DNA of 39,642 nucleotides from an uncultured archaeon (GTDB taxonomy: Archaea; Asgardarchaeota; Lokiarchaeia; Sigyniarchaeales; SOKP01), in the NCBI GenBank assembly GCA_964508365.1, contig CAZDTP010000037.1, positions 1 to 39,642 on the forward strand, read 5' to 3'. Below, in pieces: positions 1 to 9,498 of the stretch (its first letter is position 1; every line of letters starts with the position of its first letter). A program made the translations under genes and the position numbers. Under the pieces are notes generated by a model. It saw only the letters and a list, made by a program, of their open reading frames with translations. It made no database searches and had not been told where the DNA came from.

Positions 1-132
1 TAAAAAAGATTATTAGCTTCAAGTATTTATAAATATTATAAGGGATTATTCCTTATCTTTAAAAATTAGATTAATTTACACAGTAAACCTTCTATTTTAA
101 GAAAAGAATAATAACGGTGTTTTTTAACAAAA

Positions 133-921
133 ATGCAATTAAAATCTTTAATTATAAAGTGGCATGAATATTCTGAACTATCAAATTTAGGAATAATAGC
201 ACGTCGAAAATTCTTTAACAACGCCTTTGATGGAGCGCTAACTTGTGCGGGTATTGTAAGTGGGAGTTTTATAATTTTTATGTCTAACAGTACTCAGAAT
301 TTAAGCTCATCTATTATAATAATCACCGGTTTATCAACAGCATTAGCAATTGGTATTAGTGGATTATGGGGAGCATTTCTCTCTGAAGAAGCAGAGAGAA
401 AGAAGAAATTAAGTGATTTGAAAAAAGAAATGGTAATCTATCAAGAAAAAAAGGAAAAATCAGAGAAACCAGATAAAGAATTGGACAAGAATCATAAGAA
501 AGAGAAAAATTTAGCTGAGTATGAGGAGATTCAAAAAGCAATGATAACTCCAATCAACTATAAAAGCACCAAGGGAAACACAGGAGACTTTCGAAAAGAT
601 GATGACGAAAATAATAATAAAAATAAATCCCTAATAGAACGTTCAGAAAGATTTGCTACAATTATAGCATCACTGGTAGATGGTGGAGCGCCTGTACTAG
701 GATCTGTTCTTCCTCTGATCCCATTCTTCTTTGGGCCGGCATTAAGCCTATTTCATTTTCTCGTCTCGTATGCAGTATTGGTTGGCATTTTAGCCTATTT
801 AGGAATATTTTTAGGTAAAATTTCTGGCGGAGGTCGCCTAAAGTATACTTTACATCTTATCACGGCGGGAATTACTACACTACTCGTTTCTTTGCTTTTA
901 GAATTAGCATTAAATCCTTAA
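133..921 (+). CDS. VIT1/CCC1-family (vacuolar iron transporter-like) membrane protein, copy A
   Basis: NNAFDG in TM1, GLWGAFLSEEAE in TM2 exit, charged cytosolic insert, then DGGAPVLGSVLPLIPF and three C-terminal TM helices: VIT1/CCC1 layout. Confidence 0.85.
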   Translation: MQLKSLIIKWHEYSELSNLGIIARRKFFNNAFDGALTCAGIVSGSFIIFMSNSTQNLSSSIIIITGLSTALAIGISGLWGAFLSEEAERKKKLSDLKKEMVIYQEKKEKSEKPDKELDKNHKKEKNLAEYEEIQKAMITPINYKSTKGNTGDFRKDDDENNNKNKSLIERSERFATIIASLVDGGAPVLGSVLPLIPFFFGPALSLFHFLVSYAVLVGILAYLGIFLGKISGGGRLKYTLHLITAGITTLLVSLLLELALNP

Positions 922-1079
922 AGTAAATTTTATTATTTTTCAAACATTACATATATAATTGATAGTAACCAAATGGGAAAAAAGATCGAATAGAATCTCA
1001 GATTAATTTCGGGAATAAACCAATCTAGAATAATAAAGATCATCAAAAAGTATCGTGATCTTAGATAAGAAAATTTAAA

Positions 1080-1802
1080 ATGATTGAAAAGGTTAGAATA
1101 TACGCAAATATTACGGATTTTTTATCAATTGCCCGCCGTTATTTTGTAAATAACTTTTACGACGGGATGTTAACTATTTTAGGCATTCTATTAGGATTTT
1201 TTATACTTATTTTTAAAGAAGGACAACATTCAGTAGATAGTCATATTGTAATATTAACTGGGTTCGCAACATCAATTTCAATGCTCATGTCGGGATTAAG
1301 TGGTTCATACATATCTGAAAAGGCAGAACAGAAGAGATTGAGATTAGATTTAGATAAGGCTATGGTAATAATGAATGAAGAGGAAGAAACAGAAGAGAAT
1401 GATAACCTAGTTGAGGACAAAGAAATCGAGAAAGCAATGATAACGGTTGATTTTAATGATAAAAATCGAAGTAAAAATCTAAATTTAAAAAAATCGAATA
1501 ATAGTAGAAAGAAATCAAAGACATTACAAGAAAAGGCAGAAAGATTTGCAAGCATAGTTGTATCTTTAGTTAATGGATGTGCTCCGTTTTTAGGGGGAAT
1601 TATTCCGTTAATTCCGTTTTTTTTTGCTATTGAAGCAACATTCAATTTTTTTATCATTTCTTTTTTTATTATTTTTATATGTATTATTCTTCTAGGTATT
1701 TTTGTAGGTTTCATTTCTCGAGAATCTTTATGGAAAAATGTTTTTCAAATGTTAATCGCTTTTAGTCTTACTATTATAGTTTCAATTCTTCTATTAGATT
1801 AA
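1080..1802 (+). CDS. VIT1/CCC1-family membrane protein, copy B
   Basis: NNFYDG, SISMLMSGLSGSYISEKAE, GCAPFLGGIIPLIPFF; paralogous to 133..921 along its length. Confidence 0.85.
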   Translation: MIEKVRIYANITDFLSIARRYFVNNFYDGMLTILGILLGFFILIFKEGQHSVDSHIVILTGFATSISMLMSGLSGSYISEKAEQKRLRLDLDKAMVIMNEEEETEENDNLVEDKEIEKAMITVDFNDKNRSKNLNLKKSNNSRKKSKTLQEKAERFASIVVSLVNGCAPFLGGIIPLIPFFFAIEATFNFFIISFFIIFICIILLGIFVGFISRESLWKNVFQMLIAFSLTIIVSILLLD

Positions 1803-1882
1803 AAAATTATTTGGTTTTATCGAAAATTTAAAATTTTTAAGACAATTCCTATACAAAAATAATAAATTCTATTTGATTAAAA

Positions 1883-2671
1883 TTGAAAACTTTTATAGGA
1901 ATCGATATTGGCTCTCTTGCCACAAAAATCGTTTTACTTAGTAACGGCAAAATGCTAGACCATCGCACAGAACGATCCACTTATGATTTTAAAAAGATAG
2001 GTCACAAATTATTTGATGACTTATTGGAGAAAAACGATTTGGAGAAATCTGATGTATTCGTCATGAGTACCGGTTATGGGCGGAATACGATCGATATAGC
2101 TGATGATCGGGTGACTGAGATTACTGCTCATGCTAAAGGAACTCAATACTTCTTCCCAGATGTACATTCCGTTATAGACATTGGTGGTCAAGATAGTAAA
2201 GCTATTGTAATATCTAAGAAAACTGGAAATGTCGTCGACTTTCAAATGAACGATAAATGTGCAGCAGGGACTGGAAGATTTTTAGAAGTTATGGCTCATG
2301 CTTTGGAGGTTCCTATTGATCAATTTGGAGATTTGGCTTTAAGATCTAACAAATCAGCTTCAATCAGCTCGACATGTACAGTCTTTGCTGAGAGTGAAGT
2401 TATTAGTTTGTTTGCAAGGGGAGCTTCTAAAGAAGAAATAGCCAGTGGTATTCATAGATCAATTGCGAGAAGAGTTGCTGGAATGTCTAAACGTATCGGA
2501 GTGGGTCCCAAATTAGTTTTCTGTGGTGGAGTCGCGAAAAATCCCGCTGTGAAAAAGTATCTTGAGGAGGAACTTGGTTATGCAGTCGAAACACCTGAAT
2601 TTCCTCAATTAACGGGAGCTATAGGTGCTGCTTTAATCGCAGAAACGAACAACTCGCATAAATACAGTTAA
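1883..2671 (+). CDS. ATP-dependent acyl-CoA dehydratase activator (HgdC/FldI/BcrA-D-like, ASKHA ATPase with [4Fe-4S])
   Basis: TTG start; GIDIGS, TGYGR, IDIGGQDSK, MNDKCAAGTGRFLE, ISSTCTVFAESEVIS, GGVAKN, GAIGAA motifs. Confidence 0.92.
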   Translation: MKTFIGIDIGSLATKIVLLSNGKMLDHRTERSTYDFKKIGHKLFDDLLEKNDLEKSDVFVMSTGYGRNTIDIADDRVTEITAHAKGTQYFFPDVHSVIDIGGQDSKAIVISKKTGNVVDFQMNDKCAAGTGRFLEVMAHALEVPIDQFGDLALRSNKSASISSTCTVFAESEVISLFARGASKEEIASGIHRSIARRVAGMSKRIGVGPKLVFCGGVAKNPAVKKYLEEELGYAVETPEFPQLTGAIGAALIAETNNSHKYS

Positions 2672-2688
2672 CAGCTGAACTTATCACT

Positions 2689-3828
2689 ATGGATGACTCT
2701 AGTCTACTATCTGAATTTACTCTCTTCCTTAAAGAAAAAAAACAGGAAGGGATCAAAGTTATCGCTTATTTAGCCCATGATAATATTCCCGAGGAGTTGA
2801 TTGACGCTGCTGGTTTTTTTCCCTTAAGGTTAATCTTTGGAGGGAACGATGAACTAATGGACGCAAGTCACGATTTTTTACCACCTTCCACATGTGCGTT
2901 TGCACAATCGTGTATTGGATTATTTTCAGTTAAACCAAACGACTATAAGTTTTTGGAAATGGTTGATTATATCATTGTTTCCAATCACTGTGTATCAGAT
3001 ATTTGTGTTTCAGAAATTATTTCCAAATACTTTAACATTCCTCGCTTGAATTTTTATGTTTCGTATACAATTAATGAAAACAGCCTGAAATATTTTAAAC
3101 TCGAATTACAAGACTTTAGAAATCAACTTGAAGTTATTATAGATAGAAAGATATCTGATGATGATATACATAATAGCATATTAAAATTCAATAATTTCAA
3201 AAAAAAGTTTTTAGAAATCAATGAGCTGGAAATGTTAGGCTCTGAAAAATTGAAATTAATTCATAAATCAATGTTATTTGGACCAGATTTTCTTCACGAC
3301 TTAGAAAATTTGATTCAAAAAGTTAAAAACGCTCCTCAATCCGTTTCTAATACATCTAAGGATGTTTTACTTACTGGATGTTCAATCTTTATTAATGACA
3401 ATATGATAGACTTGATTGAGGAGGGGGGAGGTAACATTGTTTTTTTTGATACCTGGATTGGGAATCATTACTATTCTCAAATTATCGAGAGTAATCTCAT
3501 AGATAGAGAGAATGATCCTTTGGATGTGCTAGTTCTTAGGTTCAAAAATAATATTTATGGTGACCATTCAGTACCTGACTTTCTTGAACAGAAAGTTTCA
3601 TTTATACAGAAATACTTTGAAAATTACAAAAAAAATAAAGGCAGAAAGTTAGGTGTCATCAATCACATAATAAAGTTTTGCGACCATATTTCGCTAATGT
3701 CTTCTTTCTTAAAAGAGACATTACAAGAAAAAGGAATTCAAGTACTAAATGTAGAAAGAGATTATTCCAGAGCTAACCGTGGTCAATTATCAACAAGAAT
3801 AGAAGCGTATCTGGAGATGATGAAATGA
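2689..3828 (+). CDS. 2-hydroxyacyl-CoA dehydratase family Fe-S subunit (HgdB/FldC-like)
   Basis: IPEELIDAAGFFPLR N-terminus, Cys motifs PSTC, NHCVSDIC, KFCD, C-terminal GQLSTRIEAYLEM; follows the activator. Confidence 0.85.
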   Translation: MDDSSLLSEFTLFLKEKKQEGIKVIAYLAHDNIPEELIDAAGFFPLRLIFGGNDELMDASHDFLPPSTCAFAQSCIGLFSVKPNDYKFLEMVDYIIVSNHCVSDICVSEIISKYFNIPRLNFYVSYTINENSLKYFKLELQDFRNQLEVIIDRKISDDDIHNSILKFNNFKKKFLEINELEMLGSEKLKLIHKSMLFGPDFLHDLENLIQKVKNAPQSVSNTSKDVLLTGCSIFINDNMIDLIEEGGGNIVFFDTWIGNHYYSQIIESNLIDRENDPLDVLVLRFKNNIYGDHSVPDFLEQKVSFIQKYFENYKKNKGRKLGVINHIIKFCDHISLMSSFLKETLQEKGIQVLNVERDYSRANRGQLSTRIEAYLEMMK

Positions 3829-5180
3829 GTTTAATTGCAGACGAAATTATACAATTCAGCAGTGTACTGCGTATTGCTTACAACTTGCTAACAGGTCGTA
3901 ATTATTTAAAAAGGAAAAAATTTCGAGAAAAAGAGATATTAGTTGCTGTCACCTTACCGTTTTCGGATTTACCTTTTGCAGCAGGTACAATCCCTGTTTT
4001 TCCAATAAGAATGCATCAATTTGAGATAAGTCAATATCTTACATATTTAGGTTCAGCTTCGAGCATCTTTGGTTGGAACACGGTATCTAATTTTCTTGGT
4101 TTTATTAGAAATCTTGGAATTAACGAAGTAAGCAAAATAGTAGATAACATTATCGAGGATGTAATTGATATTATAAATAAAAAATACAACGAAATGTATG
4201 ATATTGGAATTGAAAATGGAATTTCAAGTGATTTTTGCTATGGATTAAAAAGTTTAATTGGCATGCATGTCACCAAGGGTAGCAATGTAAATGCTTGTTT
4301 TAATGTTACAATTCGTTGTAGTGCTTACAATAAATATTTAGAATCGTTGAAAGCTATTAACCAAGGACCTAAACAAATTTGGGTTGATATTCCACCTAGA
4401 AACATTGGAAATGCTATAGAATTACTTACTGAAAACATTTCAACTGCCTTAAATGAATTCGAGAAGCTGACAGGAAATAATGTAACAGATAATGATTTAA
4501 GAAACCATTTTAAAATTGGAAATCAAGTAAAAAGGTCGTATAAGAACATTATTTACGATATAAGTGCTTCCGATTTTTATCCTTGTAATCCTGCTACTTT
4601 CAGTGAAATTATGGCACTGTTAAGCATTACTTTTCAAGATTATAACTCTAATGCGGCTAGATATAGAGACAATATCGTTTCGCTAGAAAAAGAGATGAGA
4701 GAAAGAATCAGAAAGGGGATTGGAATGGACGTGTCAAAAATGCCTAGAATTTTCGTGACCCCTATGTTCGGAGGATGGGAACCCAAAAGTCATGAAATCA
4801 TATACGAGTTAGGAGGAAGAGCTTTATATGCAGACTGGGAATTGCTTAAACTCTTGGAAGAAATACCTACCGGACCACATACGAATCCTTCAGAAGAGTA
4901 CGCTCGATTTCTTATGAGAGCTACAGAAACAGGAATAGGTTGCGATAATGAAAAATTAACAGATTCATATTTGAGAATGGCATCGGATTTAAATGCAGAC
5001 GGTTTAATCTTTTTCCAATTATTTGGGTGCCATTCCATCTCAAACTGTTATACAATGTTAAGAGAGAAAGTAAGACGAGAGCTTGAAATACCGATTACAG
5101 CAATTACATTCAATAAAATTGGCGAAAATGTAGAGCAAGTTAAAACTCGACTCGGAGCATTTATGGAAATGTTCAAATAA
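3825..5180 (+). CDS. 2-hydroxyacyl-CoA dehydratase family Fe-S subunit (HgdA/FldB-like)
   Basis: ATGA overlap with previous gene; DFCYG, RCSAY, ADGLIFFQLFGCHS, C-terminal EQVKTRLGAFMEM. Confidence 0.82.
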   Translation: MSLIADEIIQFSSVLRIAYNLLTGRNYLKRKKFREKEILVAVTLPFSDLPFAAGTIPVFPIRMHQFEISQYLTYLGSASSIFGWNTVSNFLGFIRNLGINEVSKIVDNIIEDVIDIINKKYNEMYDIGIENGISSDFCYGLKSLIGMHVTKGSNVNACFNVTIRCSAYNKYLESLKAINQGPKQIWVDIPPRNIGNAIELLTENISTALNEFEKLTGNNVTDNDLRNHFKIGNQVKRSYKNIIYDISASDFYPCNPATFSEIMALLSITFQDYNSNAARYRDNIVSLEKEMRERIRKGIGMDVSKMPRIFVTPMFGGWEPKSHEIIYELGGRALYADWELLKLLEEIPTGPHTNPSEEYARFLMRATETGIGCDNEKLTDSYLRMASDLNADGLIFFQLFGCHSISNCYTMLREKVRRELEIPITAITFNKIGENVEQVKTRLGAFMEMFK

Positions 5181-5205
5181 TTTTGTATGAATATGGAATA
5201 ATACC

Positions 5206-6471
5206 TTAAAAAACAGGTACCTTCTCTTTTACGATATTGATATTTTCATCTAATTTCTCGTAATCATTATTGGATTTTAAAATTTCCGTTGAATTAGAAA
5301 CATCTAGTATCCTATGCCATTTACTTAAAAAATCATTATCGAATTTAACCAATTTATTTCTTTCAATTATCTGGTTGTATTCACTTTTTGCGGATTTTAC
5401 CATATTATTTTTAAATGAAGATGATACTAGCTTGTTATTACCTACTCGTATAATATTTCCCAAATCATTTCGTTTTTGTAATTTTAAATCCTCATTCTCG
5501 ATAAAATTATGCCACAGTTCATTATTGATAGGAGGTATTACCAATAAAGGAATAATATAATCTGTTTCTCTAATCAAATGCTTTCTCAAATAATCTTTAA
5601 TTTCTAGATCATATCCATATTGGGATATTAAAATTAATTGTGGTCTGATATTATTGCACTTATTTTTATTATCATTCCTGAATTTTTCTGAAAATGATTT
5701 AATTTCATTCACAAATTTTAATAAATTCATATATTTAAACGGTTTAGACGTTCTATTACAATATATAAAAGTAATCTCATAATCATAGGGATTTAATTCT
5801 TCAGTAACTTGATTATTGGGTTCTGAGTTAGTTTCTTTAGTAGTTATTATCAACAGATCTATTACTCTTTGAAAAGTATCACTCTTTAATGCAAAATTAT
5901 AATTACGATATAACTTTGTGTTCTTTACATCGGTCTTAATTATATTATTTTCAATTGATTCAATATATGGAAAATAAATTTTATCCCATTCTTCCCACTT
6001 TCCATCAGTATGAATTATAGAAAAAGGAAATTTCATAATTTCATCTGAAAAGTCATTTATATTATATAAATGCTTAATTATAACATTTAGTATCCGTGTT
6101 TCGAGCGTAAATATTTTCCTTTTTTCTTGAGCTTTCTCTAATTGAAATTTAGAAAGTTCTTTAAATGGATAGCAAAATTTATTTTTATCCTCATCTTTCA
6201 ATATTCGAATCAATTTTTCTTCAATTAGGCTTATATAGTTATGCGATTCTTGTTGTATATTTAATTCCTTAGCTAACGATTGAGTTTTAAACACCAAAAT
6301 GGATATGCTGGTCCTCTCAAAATTCTTATTTATTGAAGATTGAATCACTGAAATAAGACCTTTTTCATTATGACCTATAATAAATAGATTTTCCTCAGAG
6401 ATAATAGAATTTTTAGAAATCTTGAATTGAGATTTAAAAATTTTTTGGATAACTGAAGAAATCTCGTTCAT
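5206..6471 (-). CDS. Hypothetical protein, possibly with a degenerate PD-(D/E)XK restriction-endonuclease-like domain
   Basis: 421-aa open frame in very AT-rich DNA; pattern LETRILNVI...IDLLI...FIYCNR...LLKFVNEI...LILISQYGY resembles Mrr-type nuclease cores; family call is tentative. Confidence 0.6.
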   Translation of the reverse strand: MNEISSVIQKIFKSQFKISKNSIISEENLFIIGHNEKGLISVIQSSINKNFERTSISILVFKTQSLAKELNIQQESHNYISLIEEKLIRILKDEDKNKFCYPFKELSKFQLEKAQEKRKIFTLETRILNVIIKHLYNINDFSDEIMKFPFSIIHTDGKWEEWDKIYFPYIESIENNIIKTDVKNTKLYRNYNFALKSDTFQRVIDLLIITTKETNSEPNNQVTEELNPYDYEITFIYCNRTSKPFKYMNLLKFVNEIKSFSEKFRNDNKNKCNNIRPQLILISQYGYDLEIKDYLRKHLIRETDYIIPLLVIPPINNELWHNFIENEDLKLQKRNDLGNIIRVGNNKLVSSSFKNNMVKSAKSEYNQIIERNKLVKFDNDFLSKWHRILDVSNSTEILKSNNDYEKLDENINIVKEKVPVF

Positions 6472-7198
6472 AGTTATTAATTTTTCAATAATTTTTGTCC
6501 TTATATTTAATCACTCTCTTATTTTTTTCATTTTTTTGCAAAAAATCACTTGAGAGTATTTGATTGCCAATTATACCTTCAGAAATTAATCATTTTATAA
6601 TTAACAATTTAGCTTTTTTCTATCAAAAATAAACAAAAATTAATTTGACACAGGCAATCTCTTTCTTATTATTAACTTTTAAGCCAAATTCTTAAAAATT
6701 TTACATTTATGCGAATATCAAATACTCTTTATATCTAATTCATATAAATGAGCCATATTATATAATTTTTTGCCTAAATATATAATATTATAAATACAGA
6801 GAATTGAAAATTGAATATTTTATAAGATTTCTCGTAAAAAACTAATAATTTTCAAAGTAAACCTTTTATTTAAAACCATAAAACATTTTGTAATTGTAAT
6901 CATGCTTTAATTGTAGTTTTAGAGTTAAAAATTAATATCTTTCATCAGAAATGGAAATCTTTACCCTTTAGCAACAAATAATTTTCTCTAAGAATGAACT
7001 CTTTAAAATCCTAGAATTTTGAATCTGTTTTAAAATTATGATCGATCAATTTTATGTTAAATATTGGTAAAAAATATTTCAAATAGTATTTTAAAACCTT
7101 ATAATTCAGCTCATAAATTTTATTACTTTTCTTTTACTATTTTTAAAATGTAGTCCTAACAAACGAAATAAATTACTGCAACTTGAGATGATCCTAAA

Positions 7199-8563
7199 AC
7201 GAGTATATACGCTGATGATGTTGTAAGTTTTACTTCTGTTCTAAAAATGGCTTCCAACTTTTTGACGGGCAGAGAATATCTAAGAAGAAAAAAAATTCGA
7301 GAGAAGAAAAAACTCATTTCAGTTGCTTTAGGATTCCCTGATTTAGTCTTTGCTGTTGGTGCTGTCCCCGTATTCCCAATTCGATTGGAGACTTTCGAAG
7401 TTAGTAAGTATTTAATGCCATTACAATCTGCTACATCTGTGTTAGGATGGAGTTTAACGTCTAAATTCCTTGAGATCGCTCGCCAATTTGATGTGTTAAA
7501 AATTGTTGATAAGATACTCGAAGATGTTATTTCTTCTATCAATAGTAAATATAATGAAATGTATGAGATAGGCGTTAGTAATGGTGTTCCTTCGGAATTA
7601 TGTTATGGGATTAAAGCTCTTTATGGAATGCATAAATCTAAGGGTAAGAATCTAGACGCTAATCTTAACTTCGCAATGCGATGTGGAAGTTGGAATTCTT
7701 TTTCAGAATCGTTAAAAACGATAGTACCGAGTCAAATCATAATCGATGTTCCTTCGAAGAATTTAGATAATGAAGAAATAGCTTTAAAGGAAATGGTTAA
7801 TAATATCAAGAACGGAATCAGTGAACTAGAGAAAATCACGGGAAATTTTGTATCAGATAATAGCTTACAGAAGCAATTTCGTATCGGCAATCAAATAAAA
7901 CGATTTTATAAGACTATCCTTTACGAGATTAGCAATTCGAACTTTTATCCATGCAATCCGGCTACATTCGCAGAAATTTTGGCACTCTTAACTATCACAT
8001 TCCAAGATTATAATTCAAACGCTCAAAGATACTTAGAAAATTTGAGCCAGTTAGTTAAAGAGATGAGAGAGAGGATTAGAAAGGGTATAGGAATGGATGT
8101 ATCTCATATGCCAAGATTGCTTTTTGCTCCCATGTTTCAAGGTTGGGAACCTGAAATTCACGAAATTATCTATAAATTAGGGGGTAGGATAATTTATGCC
8201 GATTGGGATGTGTTAGGATTTTTAGAAGAAATTCCCATATCTCACAAAACTGATCCTATAGAAGAATATGCGCGTTTTCTACTAAACGCTTCAACAAAAG
8301 GAATAGGATGCGACGATGAAAACATGACTAATTCGTATTTAAAAGCTGCTGAAAACATGAACATTGATGGATTGATCTTCAATCAAGTATATGGGTGCCC
8401 ATCAATTTCAAAAATTTACGATAGGCTAAAAGAAAAACTAAAAGCAGAGTATAACATACCAGCAATAGTTATCAATTTCAAAAAAATCGGTGAAAATATA
8501 GAACAAGTTAGAAAAACTCTCATACCGTTCATGGAAAGATTAAAAAATACAAGAAATTTTTAA
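7199..8563 (+). CDS. Second HgdA/FldB-like dehydratase subunit, paralog of 3825..5180; start uncertain (ACG 7199 by homology, first ATG 7247)
   Basis: Colinear with 3825..5180 (LTGR.YL, LCYG, FYPCNPATF.EI, EMRERIRKGIGMDVS, GIGCD, GC.SIS); the in-frame stretch 7202-7246 also aligns to the paralog N-terminus. Confidence 0.8.
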   Translation, partial: TSIYADDVVSFTSVLKMASNFLTGREYLRRKKIREKKKLISVALGFPDLVFAVGAVPVFPIRLETFEVSKYLMPLQSATSVLGWSLTSKFLEIARQFDVLKIVDKILEDVISSINSKYNEMYEIGVSNGVPSELCYGIKALYGMHKSKGKNLDANLNFAMRCGSWNSFSESLKTIVPSQIIIDVPSKNLDNEEIALKEMVNNIKNGISELEKITGNFVSDNSLQKQFRIGNQIKRFYKTILYEISNSNFYPCNPATFAEILALLTITFQDYNSNAQRYLENLSQLVKEMRERIRKGIGMDVSHMPRLLFAPMFQGWEPEIHEIIYKLGGRIIYADWDVLGFLEEIPISHKTDPIEEYARFLLNASTKGIGCDDENMTNSYLKAAENMNIDGLIFNQVYGCPSISKIYDRLKEKLKAEYNIPAIVINFKKIGENIEQVRKTLIPFMERLKNTRNF

Positions 8564-8730
8564 ATGTGAATAATAAATCCTAAATTTCTTTAAACTTTTT
8601 TTTATTTTTCGTTTAAATATGACAAATTGATTAAAGGAATTCAAAATATCAACAATAATAATCATCTAATCATGTGATTCTTTTCCTTAGTAACCCGATT
8701 GGAGACAATCCTACCCATAAATCTTTCCGT

Positions 8731-9312
8731 TTATTTTTTAAAAAGGTCACTTGGTCTCATAAGGTGAGGCTCCTCTTCTTCATCTTTCTTTTTCTTCTTT
8801 TTTCCTGGAACAAATCCATAAACTTCTTCTTCCTCTATTGCTGGCGCGGAAACTCCATTTGGAGAATTTAAATTAATGTTAGCGGTTATTTGTTCTGGTG
8901 GTTGACCAATTGGAATACTTTGAAGACCTTGAGCTAGTTTTGCTTCTAAAGTTGTAGAACTTTTTAAAACTTTAAGCTCACTAAGAACTTTCTCCAAATT
9001 CATAGATTGTACGCTTTTGTTCATTGTGTCCATAATTTCTTGAAGTGATTTGGAAGTTTCTCTAAGCCCTTTAGGATTAATTCCCGTAAGTAATGAATCT
9101 AGATTACTGTTGATATTTTCATTCAATTCACTGAGAGAATCTAATACCGTGGACCAATGCTTGTTCATCTGGGATTCGATAGCGCCAATCATTTTGATTG
9201 TTTCGTTCATAAAATTGACATGGGCTTCATAACGTTCTTCATCCTTTGCTCGAAGATCAGAAATGAGCATTATCAACTTTCTTATTGCATCCTTCTCTTC
9301 ACTCACTTTCAA
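8731..9312 (-). CDS. Hypothetical coiled-coil protein with disordered, charge-segregated C-terminal tail
   Basis: 193-aa ORF (TTG 9312 or GTG 9306), heptad-like helical N-half, tail EEEEVYGFVPGKKKKKKDEEEEPHLMRPSDLFKK. Confidence 0.7.
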   Translation of the reverse strand: MKVSEEKDAIRKLIMLISDLRAKDEERYEAHVNFMNETIKMIGAIESQMNKHWSTVLDSLSELNENINSNLDSLLTGINPKGLRETSKSLQEIMDTMNKSVQSMNLEKVLSELKVLKSSTTLEAKLAQGLQSIPIGQPPEQITANINLNSPNGVSAPAIEEEEVYGFVPGKKKKKKDEEEEPHLMRPSDLFKK

Positions 9313-9498
9313 AACTCACTTCTTTTATTTTTCTTTATTATAGTATGATTATCTAATAATGTATATATATTTATTATTAAAAAATAATACTTTGATATTT
9401 AATCGATAATTTTGTAAATAATAAAATTCATTTTTTAAATTAAGCGGTATATTAAATAGTAATTAATCCTCAAAAATATAATAAAAGTAAGAATCATC

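Noticed and set aside
1036-1062. AAGATCA-N13-TGATCTT inverted repeat between the two VIT genes (possible metal-regulator site)
   Set aside because: Only 7 bp per arm in AT-rich DNA and no second copy found; compatible with chance
2689-5180. Possibility that the dehydratase-family proteins are double-cubane [8Fe-9S] cluster proteins
   Set aside because: I could not find the paired Cys set expected in one chain; the two-subunit layout with few Cys each fits ordinary HgdAB-type enzymes
6553-6728. 12-bp perfect inverted repeat AGAGTATTTGAT / ATCAAATACTCT about 150 bp apart (MITE ends?)
   Set aside because: No target-site duplication, no other copy seen in the window, and such a match is plausible by chance in roughly 700 bp of very AT-rich sequence
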